Positions 12,693-25,544 of a stretch of DNA of 64,000 bases are shown here, piece by piece. This stretch comes from Octopus vulgaris. Taxonomy: Eukaryota. A model generated the notes under the pieces. That model ran no database searches. It was not told where the DNA came from and saw nothing but the letters and a program-made list of their open reading frames with translations. Positions within the stretch are counted from its first letter, which is position 1. Each line of letters begins with the position of its first letter. The stretch spans positions 3,038,001-3,102,000 of the forward strand of contig OX597814.1 in assembly GCA_951406725.2 (NCBI GenBank), in the 5' to 3' direction. A program made the position numbers and the translations under genes.

Positions 12693-12947
12693 TATCTGTT
12701 TAAACAGAAAAATACATAAATAATGTTCTGTTGCGTCTGGAAAGAGTCATTTTCTCTTTGTGCCTTAAAATCTAACAGACTCACCGGTAAAATTTCCACA
12801 TTTCTTTTTTATATAAAAAGTATAAAAAATAAGAAAATTAAAAATTAAAAAATAAAGAAAGAAAAAAGAAAGAAAATAAAAAGAAATAAAAAATTTAAAA
12901 TAAAAGAAGAAATAAGTGGAAATTTAACCGGTGAGTGTGTTAAATAA

Positions 12948-13259
12948 AGACCCCCTTCGGTCATGAATGACCATGGGATTGCACCTAGAAAGTTAACCTC
13001 CTAGACACAAGTCCGGGCAAGGTTGTTTATGGAAGACCAGCAGTCGCCCATGCATACTGGCCTCCCCTCTCCACGTCACCAGTGTTATCCAAGGGAAAGA
13101 CAAAGGTCGATACAGCTTGGCACCTGTGACGTCGCAACTCATTTCTACAGCTGAGTGAACTGGAGCAACGTGAAATAAAGTGCCTTGCTCGAGAACACAA
13201 CACGCAGCCCGGTCCGGGATTCGAGCTCACAACCTCACGATCGTAAGCTCGACGCTCTG
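12948..13259 (-). mobile_element. SINE family 3, inserted into the right arm of a palindrome
   Basis: Homologous to 6938-7275; the flanks rejoin into an inverted copy of 12724-12800. Confidence 0.8.
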
Positions 13260-13683
13260 GCACTAAAAGAGAATGACTCTCCCCAAACACAACAGAACAT
13301 GCTTCAACACACGAACTCATATAAAGAATCTTGCAAACCAAATCTAAAAGCAACATAAATAATGAAGAAGGGGATATGTTTGGATATTACTTGCAAATTT
13401 TACAACAGTGAAACCCTTCCAAACGAAACTACAACAACATGAACGTATGTTGGCTGCGGTAAAATCCTTCCGACATTTTACGGCTTGTCAAACGTCTCAA
13501 CAGTAAATGCAAGACATAGTTTCAAATTATGGCAGAAAGCCCGATATTTCGGAAAGAGATTAAGTCGACTACAGCAACCGCAGTCAATACTTATTTTATT
13601 GACTTCGAAAGAACGGAAGACCAAGTCGACCGAAAGAACGGCATGTTAACGGTCCTGTAAACTCGCCGTCCTAAAATAGCAAA

Positions 13684-14075
13684 TCTCTCTATACATAAAG
13701 GTGAAGTTTTCTGTGTATGGCAGGTTTGGTAGCCTTCAATTAACACTGTCTCCTCCGAGACCCTGCAGCGCAAGTTGACCAAAATTGAGAGTTTTATAGA
13801 AGAAGGCTTGCTCTTCTTTCCGTAGAAGAAAAAATTCAAATCGGACTATGTTAACACCAAAAATTATTTACATCAAAAAGGTGCTTTTTTTCTATGAAAA
13901 TCCCTATTTTTTACGAATTTTTTACTGCTGTATCGCCATTTTTCGGTGTATTTCAACCAGAAAAATGTTCACTTAAAGAGAATAACAAGCTACATAATGC
14001 AAAATTTTTACTTTTCAAAAATTCCAATTCTAAAGGGTCGAAACAAACCCGAGCAACGCCGGGCGATACTGCTAG
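13684..14075 (+). mobile_element. Non-autonomous Helitron-like element
   Basis: 5' A|TCTCTCTATACATAAA, subterminal hairpin CCCGAGC-AAC-GCCGGG about 12 nt before the 3' CTAG|T; A/T insertion site with no TSD. Confidence 0.7.
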
Positions 14076-14959
14076 TAATTAAGATATATGACAAGACAGT
14101 TAGCACGCGCGGAACTCCACTAGCTGATAATTATAGGAACAACGAGAAGGAAGGGTTTTTCTGTCTCACTCTGTAACGACCGGAGATAACATTGCCCTAG
14201 TTTAAATGAAAAATTAAGTTCCAACGTAGTACCTATTTTACGAAGGGTTAGTCTGAAAACCGAAATAAAACCAGGGTTCGAAAATGCAAGTTAAAACATG
14301 AACGAAACAACGAACAAAAATCATGCAACAAAAGTATTTAAAAGAAAAAATAACAGGTTAAAAACATTGTGAAAATAATCTTTAAAAAAATAGACGTTAT
14401 ACAATCAAAATAAACTAATATAATTAACGAGACTGAACCGAATGAATCGTTGGAAAGCCCGAAGGATGTAGACCAACGAAAGCGAAACAAGAACTGAAGA
14501 GAGAAAAATCTGAGTAAAATAAAAAGAGTAAGTTTTCAAGATTGAAACTGGGAATATAGAACGAATCTAAAGTTGGAAATAATTAAATAAATCTAATCAG
14601 TGGAGGATCTTTCTGTGAACAAGTGAAGGGGCTGTCCAGTGATCACATTTAACAAGGACTTTTAGTAAATTCACTCCTGATTTTGTAGAATTGGTGAAAT
14701 CAGATACAAAAGTAAATACCTTCAGGATAAGACAAATATTATTTGCTAAAACCGCAATTGTTACCAAAGATAGTGGCTTCTGTCAGAGAAATGTCTCAAG
14801 AATTGCACATGTAAGGAAATATCAAATTTTAAACGAATAACATTGGATTTAAAGCTGGAGAGAAAAACATTTAAAATCGAAAATAATAATAATAAAAAAA
14901 GAAAGATATTTCAATCTTTAATGAAATCAATAACGAAAGGGGAGACTTAAAGACAGGGA

Positions 14960-15538
14960 AAATAAATAGAGAGGGGACAAACAAGGACTGACAAAGGAAT
15001 TAAGTCGATTACATCGACCCCAGTATGCAACTGGTACTTTATTTATCGACCCCGAGAGAATGAAAGGCAATGTCGACCACGGCGGAATTTGAACTCAGAA
15101 CGTAAAGACAAACGAAATACCTATTTATTTATTACCCACAAGGGGCTAAACACAGAGAGGACAAACAAGGACAGACAAAGGGATTAAGTCGATTATATCG
15201 ACCCCAGTGCGAAACTGGTACTTTATTTAATCGGACCCCGAGAGGATGAAAGGCAAAGTCGACCACGGCGGAATTTGAGCTCAGAACGTAACAGCAGACG
15301 AAATACCTATTTCTTTACTACCCACAAGGGGCTAAACACAGAGAGGACAAACAAGGACAGACAAAGGGATTAAGTCGATTATATCGACCCCTGTGCGAAA
15401 CTGGTACTTTATTTATCGACCCCGAGAGGATGAAAGGCAAAGTCGACCACGGCGGAATTTGAACTCAGAACGTAGCGGCAGACGAAATACCGCTAAGCAT
15501 TTCGCCCGGCGTGCCAACGTTTCTGCCAGCTCGCCGCC
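14960..15538 (-). mobile_element. SINE family 1 trimer (one head plus three ~185 bp bodies)
   Basis: Three tandem bodies with junctions GAAATACC|TATTT on the + strand at ~15121 and ~15307. Confidence 0.9.
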
Positions 15539-16214
15539 GGTTTGAAATATAATATAAGCATCGTTGCTACGACTGGAAATGATCTGCTGAGCATCCTCTC
15601 TTCGTTCCATGTGGCTTTGTGCCATTTTGCCTGACTTGAAACTCAGTGTCTGCTGTTGTCCTTCCACGAATAAGGAAGTCTTTCCACGGTCATAGTTTTT
15701 ACCCACCTCGAACTCTTCCATCTCCCCCCACCCCCATTTATATGGCCAGCACTCTTTCCAGTCTAAAGTAAATTCATCCTTTCCATTTTAATTTCTTCTT
15801 CTTCATAATTTTCTCTACTCTTTGTTTGGGACTTCCAATTAGAAAAAAAAAGAGACTTAAGCAACACCTAATAAAGGCTTCAAACAATTGATCCTTACTA
15901 AGTGACAATGAATTTGTCGTTATGAAAAGTAACAACGATTCGATGACTCAAATAAATAGGAGAAAACAATTTTATCAAAAGTTGGTGAAAACAGAATAGA
16001 AATCAGAGACAAATCAGCAGCAGGAGAAGCAAAACAGTTTTACGGCGGGATTTGGATACGGAAGGACTTGTCACTGTGGAGGATGTTCGAACATAGAATA
16101 TCATTTGGTGATGGGCAAGGATCGAACCGATTAATAAAAAAGAAGATCGAGTAAGAGACTGACATGGGTTGATTACTGGAAGGTTCTAAGTCGTGGATTT
16201 TGAGCAGCAATACC

Positions 16215-16360
16215 AGTGGTTAGGGCAGCGGACTGGCGGTCTGAGGATCGCGGTTTCGATTCCCAGAAAGGGCGTTGTGTGTATTTATTGAGCAAAAACA
16301 CCTAAAGCGCCTGTTGTACTCTTTCGCTCCAACTTTCTCTCACTCTTTCTTCCTGTTTCT
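16215..16360 (+). mobile_element. SINE family 4, 5' fragment
   Basis: CAGTGGTTAGGGCAGCGGAC…GGTTTCGATTCCCAG matches the 55245 copy. Confidence 0.7.
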
Positions 16361-17009
16361 TGTCCCCGACTTCCTACGCAACCGCTGAGCCTGGATGCGC
16401 ATTCATCCATCCATCGATGCTCTCGGTGTCGGGGGCTGACCTGCTTTCTCTTCTGCTGGTCTTACGAATAGCAAAGGACCACGTTTCGGACTTCTCCCAC
16501 TACAGACGGGACGAAGACCGCTTCGCTCAGCAAAGAAACAAAGCAGCGATATCAAGTAGGTTGACCAGACGTGATGGGAAAATGTCGAACAATTCTATAG
16601 ATACGGTGATGAAAGGAAATCAGAAGAATCAATATCCGCCTTTATTAAATGGAGAATAGTGTGAGAAATGATTTCTTTCTTATTTCCCACTGGGGAAGAA
16701 CACAAAGGGGACAACACAATCTGATATGGGGTCAGATGCAACGAATGATTAAACATGATTATGAGATTAAAAATTTTACAAACATATTAAGAAGTTCGAA
16801 TGATGAGACATACAAGAGACATTACAAATGGAGGGGGGAGACGGGTTCAGTTCGGACCCCACGAGCCCCGCCTCACCACTGATGCCTTGAGTTCGTTCTG
16901 CGTGGCACTCATGCGGTTCCATCCATTTTTTGCAGACAGGCATTTTCTCTCTAGTCCTATTTTCCTTTTCAGGTGGAAGGTGAAGAGATTAGAATATTGT
17001 TAGAAATAC

Positions 17010-17082
<73 letters not shown>

Positions 17083-17509
17083 ATTTTATGATTGTGATTA
17101 TCATTTTCCACCAACACGTGAAGCTATAATGGACCAACAGTAAAATGGTAAACAATCAATATTTTGCATATGCATCTTGGAAATAAGAATACATTGACGA
17201 ATAAGGACGAAATGAAATGCAATAGGCGGGTAGACCTATTTTTACTTCTGGGGAGGGTCAGTCCATATTCGTCTGGCCTCTGTCTTTGATTTATCCAGCA
17301 TAAAAGATTCTATCAGGAGCAGGCAAAGCTTTCAGAGACATCGAAGCATACAAGTCACCACATCACAGTGAGGACTAGCACTTTATATGGCTTTCCTCCA
17401 CATGGCGTTCTATATTGTTTTAGAAGCAGCATCATGAAGAAATGGGAGGTGATGCTCGGACGAAGACGTCAGCTTGGCTGATGTCTTCATGTGTTAAGAC
17501 ATAGAGTTA

Positions 17510-17911
17510 AGGCGGCGAGCTGGCAGAATCGTTAGCACGCCGGGCGAAATACGTAGCCGTATTTCGTCTGCCGTTACGTTCTGAGTTCAAATGCCGCCGA
17601 GGTAGACTTTGCCTTTCATCTTTTCGGGGCCGATTAAATAAGTACCAGTCACGCACTGGGGGTTGATATAATCGACTTAATCCGTTTGTCTGGCCTTGTT
17701 TGTCCCCTCTCTGTTTAGCCCCTTGTGGGTAGTAAAGAAATAGGTATTTCGTCTGTCTTTACGTTCTGAGTTCAAATTCTGTCGTGGTCGACTTTGCCTT
17801 TCATCCTTCCGGGATCGATAAATTAAGTACCAGTTGTGTACTGGGATCGATCTAACCAACTGGCTTCCTTGCCCAAAATTTCGGACCTTGTGCCTAGAAC
17901 AGAAAAGAATA
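17510..17911 (+). mobile_element. SINE family 1 dimer (tail A then tail B)
   Basis: Junction AAAGAAATA|GGTATTTCG at ~17742. Confidence 0.9.
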
Positions 17912-18303
17912 ACATACATAGAGGTGTGACATTTTTGGTCGCATTTTATGTTCCAGGGCTTTGCTTTTTGTGTTGTTCGTTGAGCATTCTTTACCTATCC
18001 TCTGTTCTCATAAGAACAAAAGCTTTAACTTTCAGATAGCAATACGTGGTATAACGATCACAAATTGAAAAGTGTCTATACTTCCTCATAGTGATAGTAT
18101 CTACTTAAATATGCAAAAATATTTCTTCTTTTCAATGGAGTTTTTTCATCCAAGTTTTGTCCAGCGAATTTATGCTTAGATGTTTTTCTTTTATCGTTAA
18201 AATATAAGTTCCTTGCAGAAACCAAGCTGGCCACGAATAGAGTTACTAAACTCACACTATGCTTGAGAATGGCAGCTAAGAATACGTGTGTATGTTTGTG
18301 TAG

Positions 18304-18429
18304 CTGCAAAAATCTTCACAAACTGTAACTCAAAGTCTTACGTTCCTGTTCGTCTGATAGGTGTAATTACAATTGTCTGACGAACGGGATCGTGAAACTC
18401 TGCGTGAGAGTTTGTAAAGATTTTTGTAG
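18304..18429. ncRNA. Imperfect palindrome whose arms are diverged copies of a hammerhead-like motif
   Basis: + strand 18374-18400 TGT-CTGACGA-ACG-GGAT-CGT-GAAA-CTC; the left arm is an inverted homolog. Confidence 0.55.
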
Positions 18430-18649
18430 TTTCAGGGAAAGGATGTTACTCTGCTTTCACTATTCGAATACGATGATTTTCCCACCTAGTCTTGCATTTA
18501 TGTGCTAACTCGTGTATATGTATAATATATATATATGAGTGTGTGTGTGTGTGTATGTATATATACATACATGCATGTATGTATCTGTATGTTTGGTTGT
18601 AATCATACATGTGCGTATGAAGGTATGTAGTTTTGTATGTCACCATGAT

Positions 18650-18830
18650 GGACTGCTGAACTCTACAACTTTTGTTTCATTCTCTGTTTATTTTTTCTTA
18701 TTCCATTCTGTTGAAGAGCTTAGGCTCGAAACGTGATGACCTTTCCATTTTCCTCGAGCGTCAAACTAATACACTTGCTTGTTGTTCTTACACCTGTTGT
18801 TATTCTATAAATTTGAACTATATATATATA
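18650..18830 (+). mobile_element. Family H1 element with degenerate hammerhead-like motif
   Basis: CTGTTGA-A-GAGC-TTAG-GCTC-GAAA-CGTG from 18708; shared downstream GAGCGTCAAACTAATACACTTG; ends in (TA)n. Confidence 0.65.
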
Positions 18831-18981
18831 CGACGGGTTTCCGTCAACCAAATCCACTCCCAAGGCTTTGGTCGGCCCGAGACTCTAGCAGAAGACACTT
18901 GCCTATGGTGCCATGCAGTTGCACGGAACCCGGAACCATTTGGTTGGGAAGCAAGCCACTTGCCACACAGTCACTTCTGAG

Positions 18982-19023
<42 letters not shown>

Positions 19024-19106
19024 GGTCCCGGGTTGAGTCGGGGTTAACCACAGTAAATAAGGTACTCAATACATAGCAGAGTAAATTAATTTATTTTATA
19101 GAAGGA

Positions 19107-19155
19107 GCTTCTACAGGACTAGAACTGTTTCATTCAAAAGAAATCATCAGGAAGC
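19107..19155 (-). ncRNA. Type-I hammerhead ribozyme-like motif
   Basis: Stem I GCUUC/GAAGC, core CUGAUGA, stem II UUC/GAA (U·U at its base, UUUU loop), GAAA, stem III CAG/CUG, cleavage triplet GUA. Confidence 0.7.
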
Positions 19156-19160
19156 ACTTA

Positions 19161-19208
19161 GCTTCCTGATGATTTCTTTGAATGAAACAGTTCTAGTCCT
19201 GTAGAACT
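19161..19208 (+). ncRNA. Type-I hammerhead ribozyme-like motif (inverted twin; one-base deletions in loop II and stem I)
   Basis: GCTTC-CTGATGA-TTTC-TTT-GAAT-GAAA-CAG-TTCTAGTC-CTG-TA-GAAC. Confidence 0.6.
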
Positions 19209-19424
19209 CCTTCTATAAAATATATATATATATATATATATATGCACAAAGAATATGGCACAACGAAGTACCGATATTTACTGGAAATAGCGAACGTAAT
19301 AATATATTTTCCAGTAAATATCGGTACTTCGTTGTGCCATATATTTACCTCTTTGTATAATTTTCCCTCGCGGGCTATTCTTTACTGGAAAGGCAATATT
19401 CTCGTATTGCATTATTACTAATTT

Positions 19425-19579
19425 TATATATATATGTATATATATATATATATGTATGTATGTATTTATTTTTTGTATATATATGTATATATGTATATAT
19501 ATATATGTATATATATATACATATTTATGTATGTATGTATATATATACGTATGTATAGATATGTACGTGTATATATATG

Positions 19580-19620
<41 letters not shown>

Positions 19621-19707
19621 ACATATATATACATACATCCATGTACACACATACATATATATACATATGTATGTGTATATATATGTATATATATATATAT
19701 ACATACA

Positions 19708-19743
<36 letters not shown>

Positions 19744-19869
19744 TATAGTCATGTATATATATATATGTATATATATATACGTATGTACATATGTATGCAC
19801 GTAGGTATATATAGATGTACGTACGTAAATTCACACATACGTATGTATATATATATATATATATGTATG

Positions 19870-19929
<60 letters not shown>

Positions 19930-19960
19930 CTATATATATATATATATATGTATGTAAGTA
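19425..19960. repeat. Degenerate (TA)n/(TATG)n/(CATA)n array
   Basis: Seen directly. Confidence 0.95.
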
Positions 19961-20199
19961 TTTTGTATATATACCATTGAAAGATTCACTTTAATCAGAG
20001 TAAATATCGAAAAGTGAACAACTTTAGAAATTCTCAGACGATAAGATAATTCATTATAATCATCATTAAAATTTAAAATGACTTAATCCCTTCCTTCTAA
20101 TCTCAGCTATTCATCAAGAAATCTGTTAAATGCCACTAATGTACTTAAGTTATACATCTAACATCATAAATCCTCTTCTCTCTTTCTTCATCTTGATTT

Positions 20200-20202
20200 T
20201 AC

Positions 20203-20236
<34 letters not shown>

Positions 20237-20325
20237 AGTGAGGTGGTTAAATGATGTTCGTTTGTGGTTGGTACTAGTGTTGCTGTTCTTGTCGTTGTTG
20301 TTGTCGTTGCTCTTGTTGCTCATGT

Positions 20326-20360
<35 letters not shown>

Positions 20361-20482
20361 ATGATGAGGAGGAGGAGGAGGAGGATGGTGTTGTTTTTGC
20401 TGTTGTGGTTGTTTTTCTTGTTGTTCTTGTTACTAATGTTAATGACAAGTAGCCTTTCGTTCTTGCTCATTTTGTGTTATTT

Positions 20483-20533
<51 letters not shown>

Positions 20534-20550
20534 TCACCACTACTACTACC

Positions 20551-20584
<34 letters not shown>

Positions 20585-20671
20585 ATAATAATAATAATAA
20601 CGATAATGATAATAGTGATAATGATAATAATGATAATAATGATAATAATGATAATAATAATAATAATCATC

Positions 20672-20717
<46 letters not shown>

Positions 20718-20740
20718 TGATGATGATGATGATGATAATA
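20200..20740. repeat. Compound trinucleotide array: (TTG), (CTG), (GAT), (GAG), (TAC), (CAC), (AAT)
   Basis: Seen directly. Confidence 0.9.
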
Positions 20741-21431
20741 TCTGTCCCATTATTATATGCATATAAACCAAACCCCTTTAAGAAGTATCATATAATTGGA
20801 GAGAGTATCACATGTTCGTATGTACGAGTGTATGTGTATATCTATATATGTCTGTGTGTGTATGTCTCTGTGTGTGTACATACACACATAAACACACACA
20901 CACATATATATATATATATATCACACACACGCACAAACATATAGAGATTGTGAGGAGAGGAGAGATATTAGGGATAGTGAGGAAAGGAGGGATAAAGAGG
21001 TAATGTGTATACATACTTACACACACACACACACACGCGCGCGCGCACACGCACACACACGCGCACACACACGCGCACACACACACACATGCATGTATAT
21101 ACACACAGTTTGGATGAGACAAGCTGACACAGTGACACAGACAGACAGATAACATGAGAAAGACATTAAAGAAAAGAAATATGACATTTCGATTCTGTTG
21201 GTACCTTAATGGTACCGAATCCATAACTCCGCACAGTACCCCAACTCTTCAATGTACCCACCTCTATAGTAGCAATACCCATGGCATCACAACGTTATAT
21301 AGTACTGCAGTTCTATTAATAACAAGACCATATTTAATAGAGATAATAGACACTCTACAACTATAGATACAGCCGCGTCACCATTGACGCCACGCCTATT
21401 CATATTGTCCTTTCTACTAAAGGACTAGTAC

Positions 21432-21960
21432 ATTACATCGACCCCAGTGCGTAACTGGTACTTAATTTATCGATCCCGAAAGGATGAAAGGCAAAGTCGA
21501 CTTGAGCGGAATTTGAACTCAGAACGTAGCGACGAGCGTAATACCTGTTTCTTTATTACCTAGAAGGGGATAAAAACAGAGAGGACAAACAAGGACAGAC
21601 AAACGGATTAAATCGATTACATCGACCCCAGTGAGTAACTGGTACTTATTTAATCGAGCTCGAAAGGATGAAAGGCAAAGTTGACCTCTGCGGAATTTGA
21701 ACTCAGAACGTAGCGGCAGACGAAATACCTATTTCTTTACTACTCCCAAGGGGCTAAACACAGAGAGGACAAACAAGGACAGACAAAGGGATTAAGTCGA
21801 TTATATCGACCCCAGTGCGGAACTGATACTTATTTAATCGACACTAAAAAGATGAAAGGCAAAGTCGACCTGAGCGGAATTTGAACTCAGACCGTAGAGA
21901 CGGGCGTAATACTGCTAAGCATCTCGTCCAGCGCGCTAACGATTCTGCCAGCTCGCCGCT
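21432..21960 (-). mobile_element. SINE family 1 trimer
   Basis: One head at ~21915-21960 and three bodies, with junctions at ~21546 and ~21729. Confidence 0.88.
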
Positions 21961-21984
21961 TTAAGCTCCTATTTACATAGTCGT

Positions 21985-22355
21985 GGCACTCCATCGGTTG
22001 TGACGACGAGGGTTCCAGTTGATCCGATCACCATCAACGGAACAGCCTGCTTGTGAAATTAACGTGCAAGTGGCTGAGCACTCCACAGTCTCGTGTACCC
22101 TTAACATAGTTCTCAGGAAGATTCAGCGTGACACAGAGTCTGACAAGGCTGGCCCTTTGAAATACAGGTACAACAGAAACAGGGGGAAAGAGTGAGAGAA
22201 AGTTGTGGGGAAAGAGTACAGCAGGGTTCGTCACCACCCGCTGCCGGAGACTCGTGGGGCTCTAAGTGTTTGCGCTCAATAAACATTCACAACGCCCGGT
22301 CTGGGAATCGAAACCACGATCCTACGACTACCACCCTAACCACTGGGCCATTGCA
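21985..22355 (-). mobile_element. SINE family 4, full copy
   Basis: Reverse complement of 55245-55622. Confidence 0.85.
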
Positions 22356-22505
22356 CATCCAGTAATTATAGAGTACTACAGCTCTATAACTAGTAGAGCA
22401 CTAACGTTAGAACCTATAGAATTTAAGAGTCATTAATAGAAAGTTGAAGTTTGTTAGAATTAGCAGTCAAATGACCCTCAAATCACAATTTATTCACTTG
22501 GAAAA

Positions 22506-22721
22506 AGGCGGCGAGCTGGCAGAATGGTTAGCACGCCGGGCGAAATACTTAGCGGTATTTCATCTGTCTTTACATTCTGAGTTCAAATTCCGCCGAGGTC
22601 GACTTTGCCGTTCATCCTTCCGGGGTCGATAAACTAAGTACCAGTTGCCTACTGGAGTCGATCTAAACGACTGGCCCCTCCCCCCAAAATTTCAGGCTTT
22701 GTGCCTTGAATAGAAAATAAT
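22506..22721 (+). mobile_element. SINE family 1 monomer with tail B (…GACTGGCCCCTCCCCCAAAATTTC…)
   Basis: Head, one body and tail B, with no internal junction. Confidence 0.85.
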
Positions 22722-23326
22722 TCACTCACTTGGAAAGTAAATGGATCTAAATGATAGTGTATACCTCGATAGACGTAAACAAAGAAATATGCACTTAATC
22801 ATAGCTTTGCTAATAAAGCACTATTACAAAAACTACCTCACTCACCACACCCCCTTGAATACTACTTATACCACTTCAAAAGGCAATACACTGTTACAAA
22901 CACTACGCCCGCCACTACGAGGAACGGCATTAAACTTTAAACACTAGCCCCCACCACTACAAAGATCATCACAAGACTATCGTACTTCTACGTTGCCAGT
23001 ACACCGATAAGAAACTTACTACAACACCGTTTGAAACAATTCCACCCAGGTAGCAACCATACCACACTATTTTAAATAGAACCACTCTAACCACTGCCTC
23101 AGCACTGCAAACAGCTCTACAATGTTCTGAAGACCACCATATTTCTAGAAATGCCACCACGCCACGGCAAACAGCTCCACTCTTCTTTAAATCTCACTAC
23201 ATTATTCAAACACTATTATGTTACGACTTACACACCATCGCTTAGTGCAGTGGTTCCCAACTTGGGGTCAGCGGATCCCTGGTGGTCAGCAAAGATAGTC
23301 CTGGGAGTCCATGGACTAAATTCAAA

Positions 23327-23394
<68 letters not shown>

Positions 23395-23454
23395 TGTATG
23401 TATGTATGTATGTATGTATGTATGTATGTATGTATGTGTGTATATATATATGTA

Positions 23455-23511
<57 letters not shown>

Positions 23512-23584
23512 GATAGGAATATTAAAAGTGGCCCCTGTAAAATTAAAAAGGTTGGGAACTACTGTAAAATAGTTGGAAACCACT

Positions 23585-23890
23585 GGTTTAGTGCTTAGAG
23601 CATTCGGTTCACGACCACAAGGTCGTGGGTTCAATTCCCGGCTGTGCGTTATATCCTTGAGCAAGACACTTTCTCGTTGCTCCAGTCCACTCAGCTGGCA
23701 AAAATGGATTGTACCTGTAATTCAGGGGGGGGGGGGGCTGCCTTGTCAGACTCTATGTCACGCTGAATCTCCCGGAGACCTACGTTAAGGGGCCGCGTGT
23801 CTGTGGAGTGCTCAGCACGTTAATTTCACGAGCAGGCTGTTCCGTTGATCGGATCAATTGGAATGCTCGTCGTCGTAACCGACGGAGTAC
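23585..23890 (+). mobile_element. SINE family 4 variant
   Basis: B-box GGTTCAATTCC, CORE-like TCCTTGAGCAAGACACTT, shared tail. Confidence 0.8.
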
Positions 23891-24589
23891 CAGTTTATAA
23901 CACCACCAACCTGCCACTACATTTAACTACAACCACTACGACACCACAACATATAGAATCATCACTAGAAATACGAACCCACAACTAGAAGCACCACCAC
24001 GCGGCACTACAGCTGTTACCACAACACTGCTATAAACACCAACACACCACTGGGAGGACTAGTACTAGTACATTATAATTACCACCACAGCACTATTACA
24101 TTACCACTCCACTTTAAACACCACTAGAAATACCACCGCACCTTTAAAAACTGCTCCACTCCACTGCAGCAACATCAATCTATCTTAAACACCGCCACAC
24201 TATTACAAACTCCCCACACGACACCAAACACGAGCATATCTCTACATCACCACCGCCACCGCTTTATAAATATCACCACACCTTTACAAACTCCCCCACA
24301 CCCCTACATACGCCACCGCTATATCTACATCTTCCCCCACTACACACACTGCCCCACACCACTGCAAAACACAACACGCCATCGCTACCCCCACCACTTC
24401 GAACGCCACCGCCACACCTTTAAAAACAGCCTCCCCCCCACACACACACACCCCTCCGAACGCCACTACACCACCTCGACGTCATAACAGCTTTTATAAA
24501 ACATTGGAGAAATGATAAGGAATCATATGTCAGATAAAAATGCGGAGAAGTCTGACCTAGAACAGCTTGGAAATGTGTGTGCGTGCAGT

Positions 24590-24639
<50 letters not shown>

Positions 24640-25544
24640 CGCGCGCGCGTGTGTGTGTGTGTGTGTGTATGTGTGTGTGTGTGGTTGTGTGTATGTGTGG
24701 TTGTGTGTTTTTGTTTTCGTGTAAACATTGACTTCAATCCTATAAAACCTTAGAAATCCGTTCTAGAAACTTCTCCAGTCTTAATTTTCTATTTCTAATT
24801 AGCGCACTAATGAAGGTGTAGCCTTATACAAGAAACTTGTTTTCTGGGGTTTTTCTTTTTTTTTTTTTTCCTTTTCTTTTCAGGTGTTAAATGAAACCCC
24901 AAATAAAGGTGAATGCTCTCCCGTTATCAAGTATTATCCGCAGAAAGAACTTCGTCTATATATCGCGAGAGATAATTGATAAATCTTAAAAGACACAAGA
25001 TTAACTGCAGAATAAAAATGCAACGAAACAAACTTGGTCATAAGTTAAAACTGAAAACATTCACGCATCTTGCTTCTGTAATTTTGACCATTTTAAAATG
25101 GCGATTTCAAGTTTGCTAATTAAATTATATTTTTCAATAGGTAATTATATCAAAATCTTTCTTTTTACAGCTGTGACCCGATCATTAATTCTCATCTTCT
25201 TTCTATCTTCATCATCGTTTTAATTATATTATTGGAGTTAATCTCATTAACGAAGGTAGGTTTTGATAAGCTTGGTAAGAAAACAAACGGAGACAGAAAG
25301 TAAATATTTAATGTAGGAATGTAGAAAGAAGGAATTGGAACATGGCGATTGAATGGATGCGGTGGGGGCGGGGACATTGATATTTCACACCGTTCCAGAC
25401 CATTGTGATTGACGAGCTAAAGCAATCCTACAACTTTGAGATAACGAGTTCGTACCCTCTCCACAGCAGAATGAGATTATTATATATATATATATAAAAA
25501 AAAAAAACATTGTAAAGTTTTCTATAGTTTTCTATTGTGCCGAT

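Larger units (their letters stand above)
19022..19221. mobile_element. ~200 bp element between two (TA)n arrays, ending in a ~63 bp-arm palindrome
   Basis: Arms at 19093-19155 and 19161-19221 with a 5 nt spacer ACTTA. Confidence 0.8.

Noticed and set aside
14960-15538. ~185 bp tandem repeats as a possible CRISPR-like or satellite array
   Set aside because: The units are SINE bodies with no unique spacers, and the context is eukaryotic.
14400-16200. Possible N-terminal R4/Dong relic (QFYQKL…KQFYGGIW near 15970-16056)
   Set aside because: Too degenerate to delimit or call by eye.
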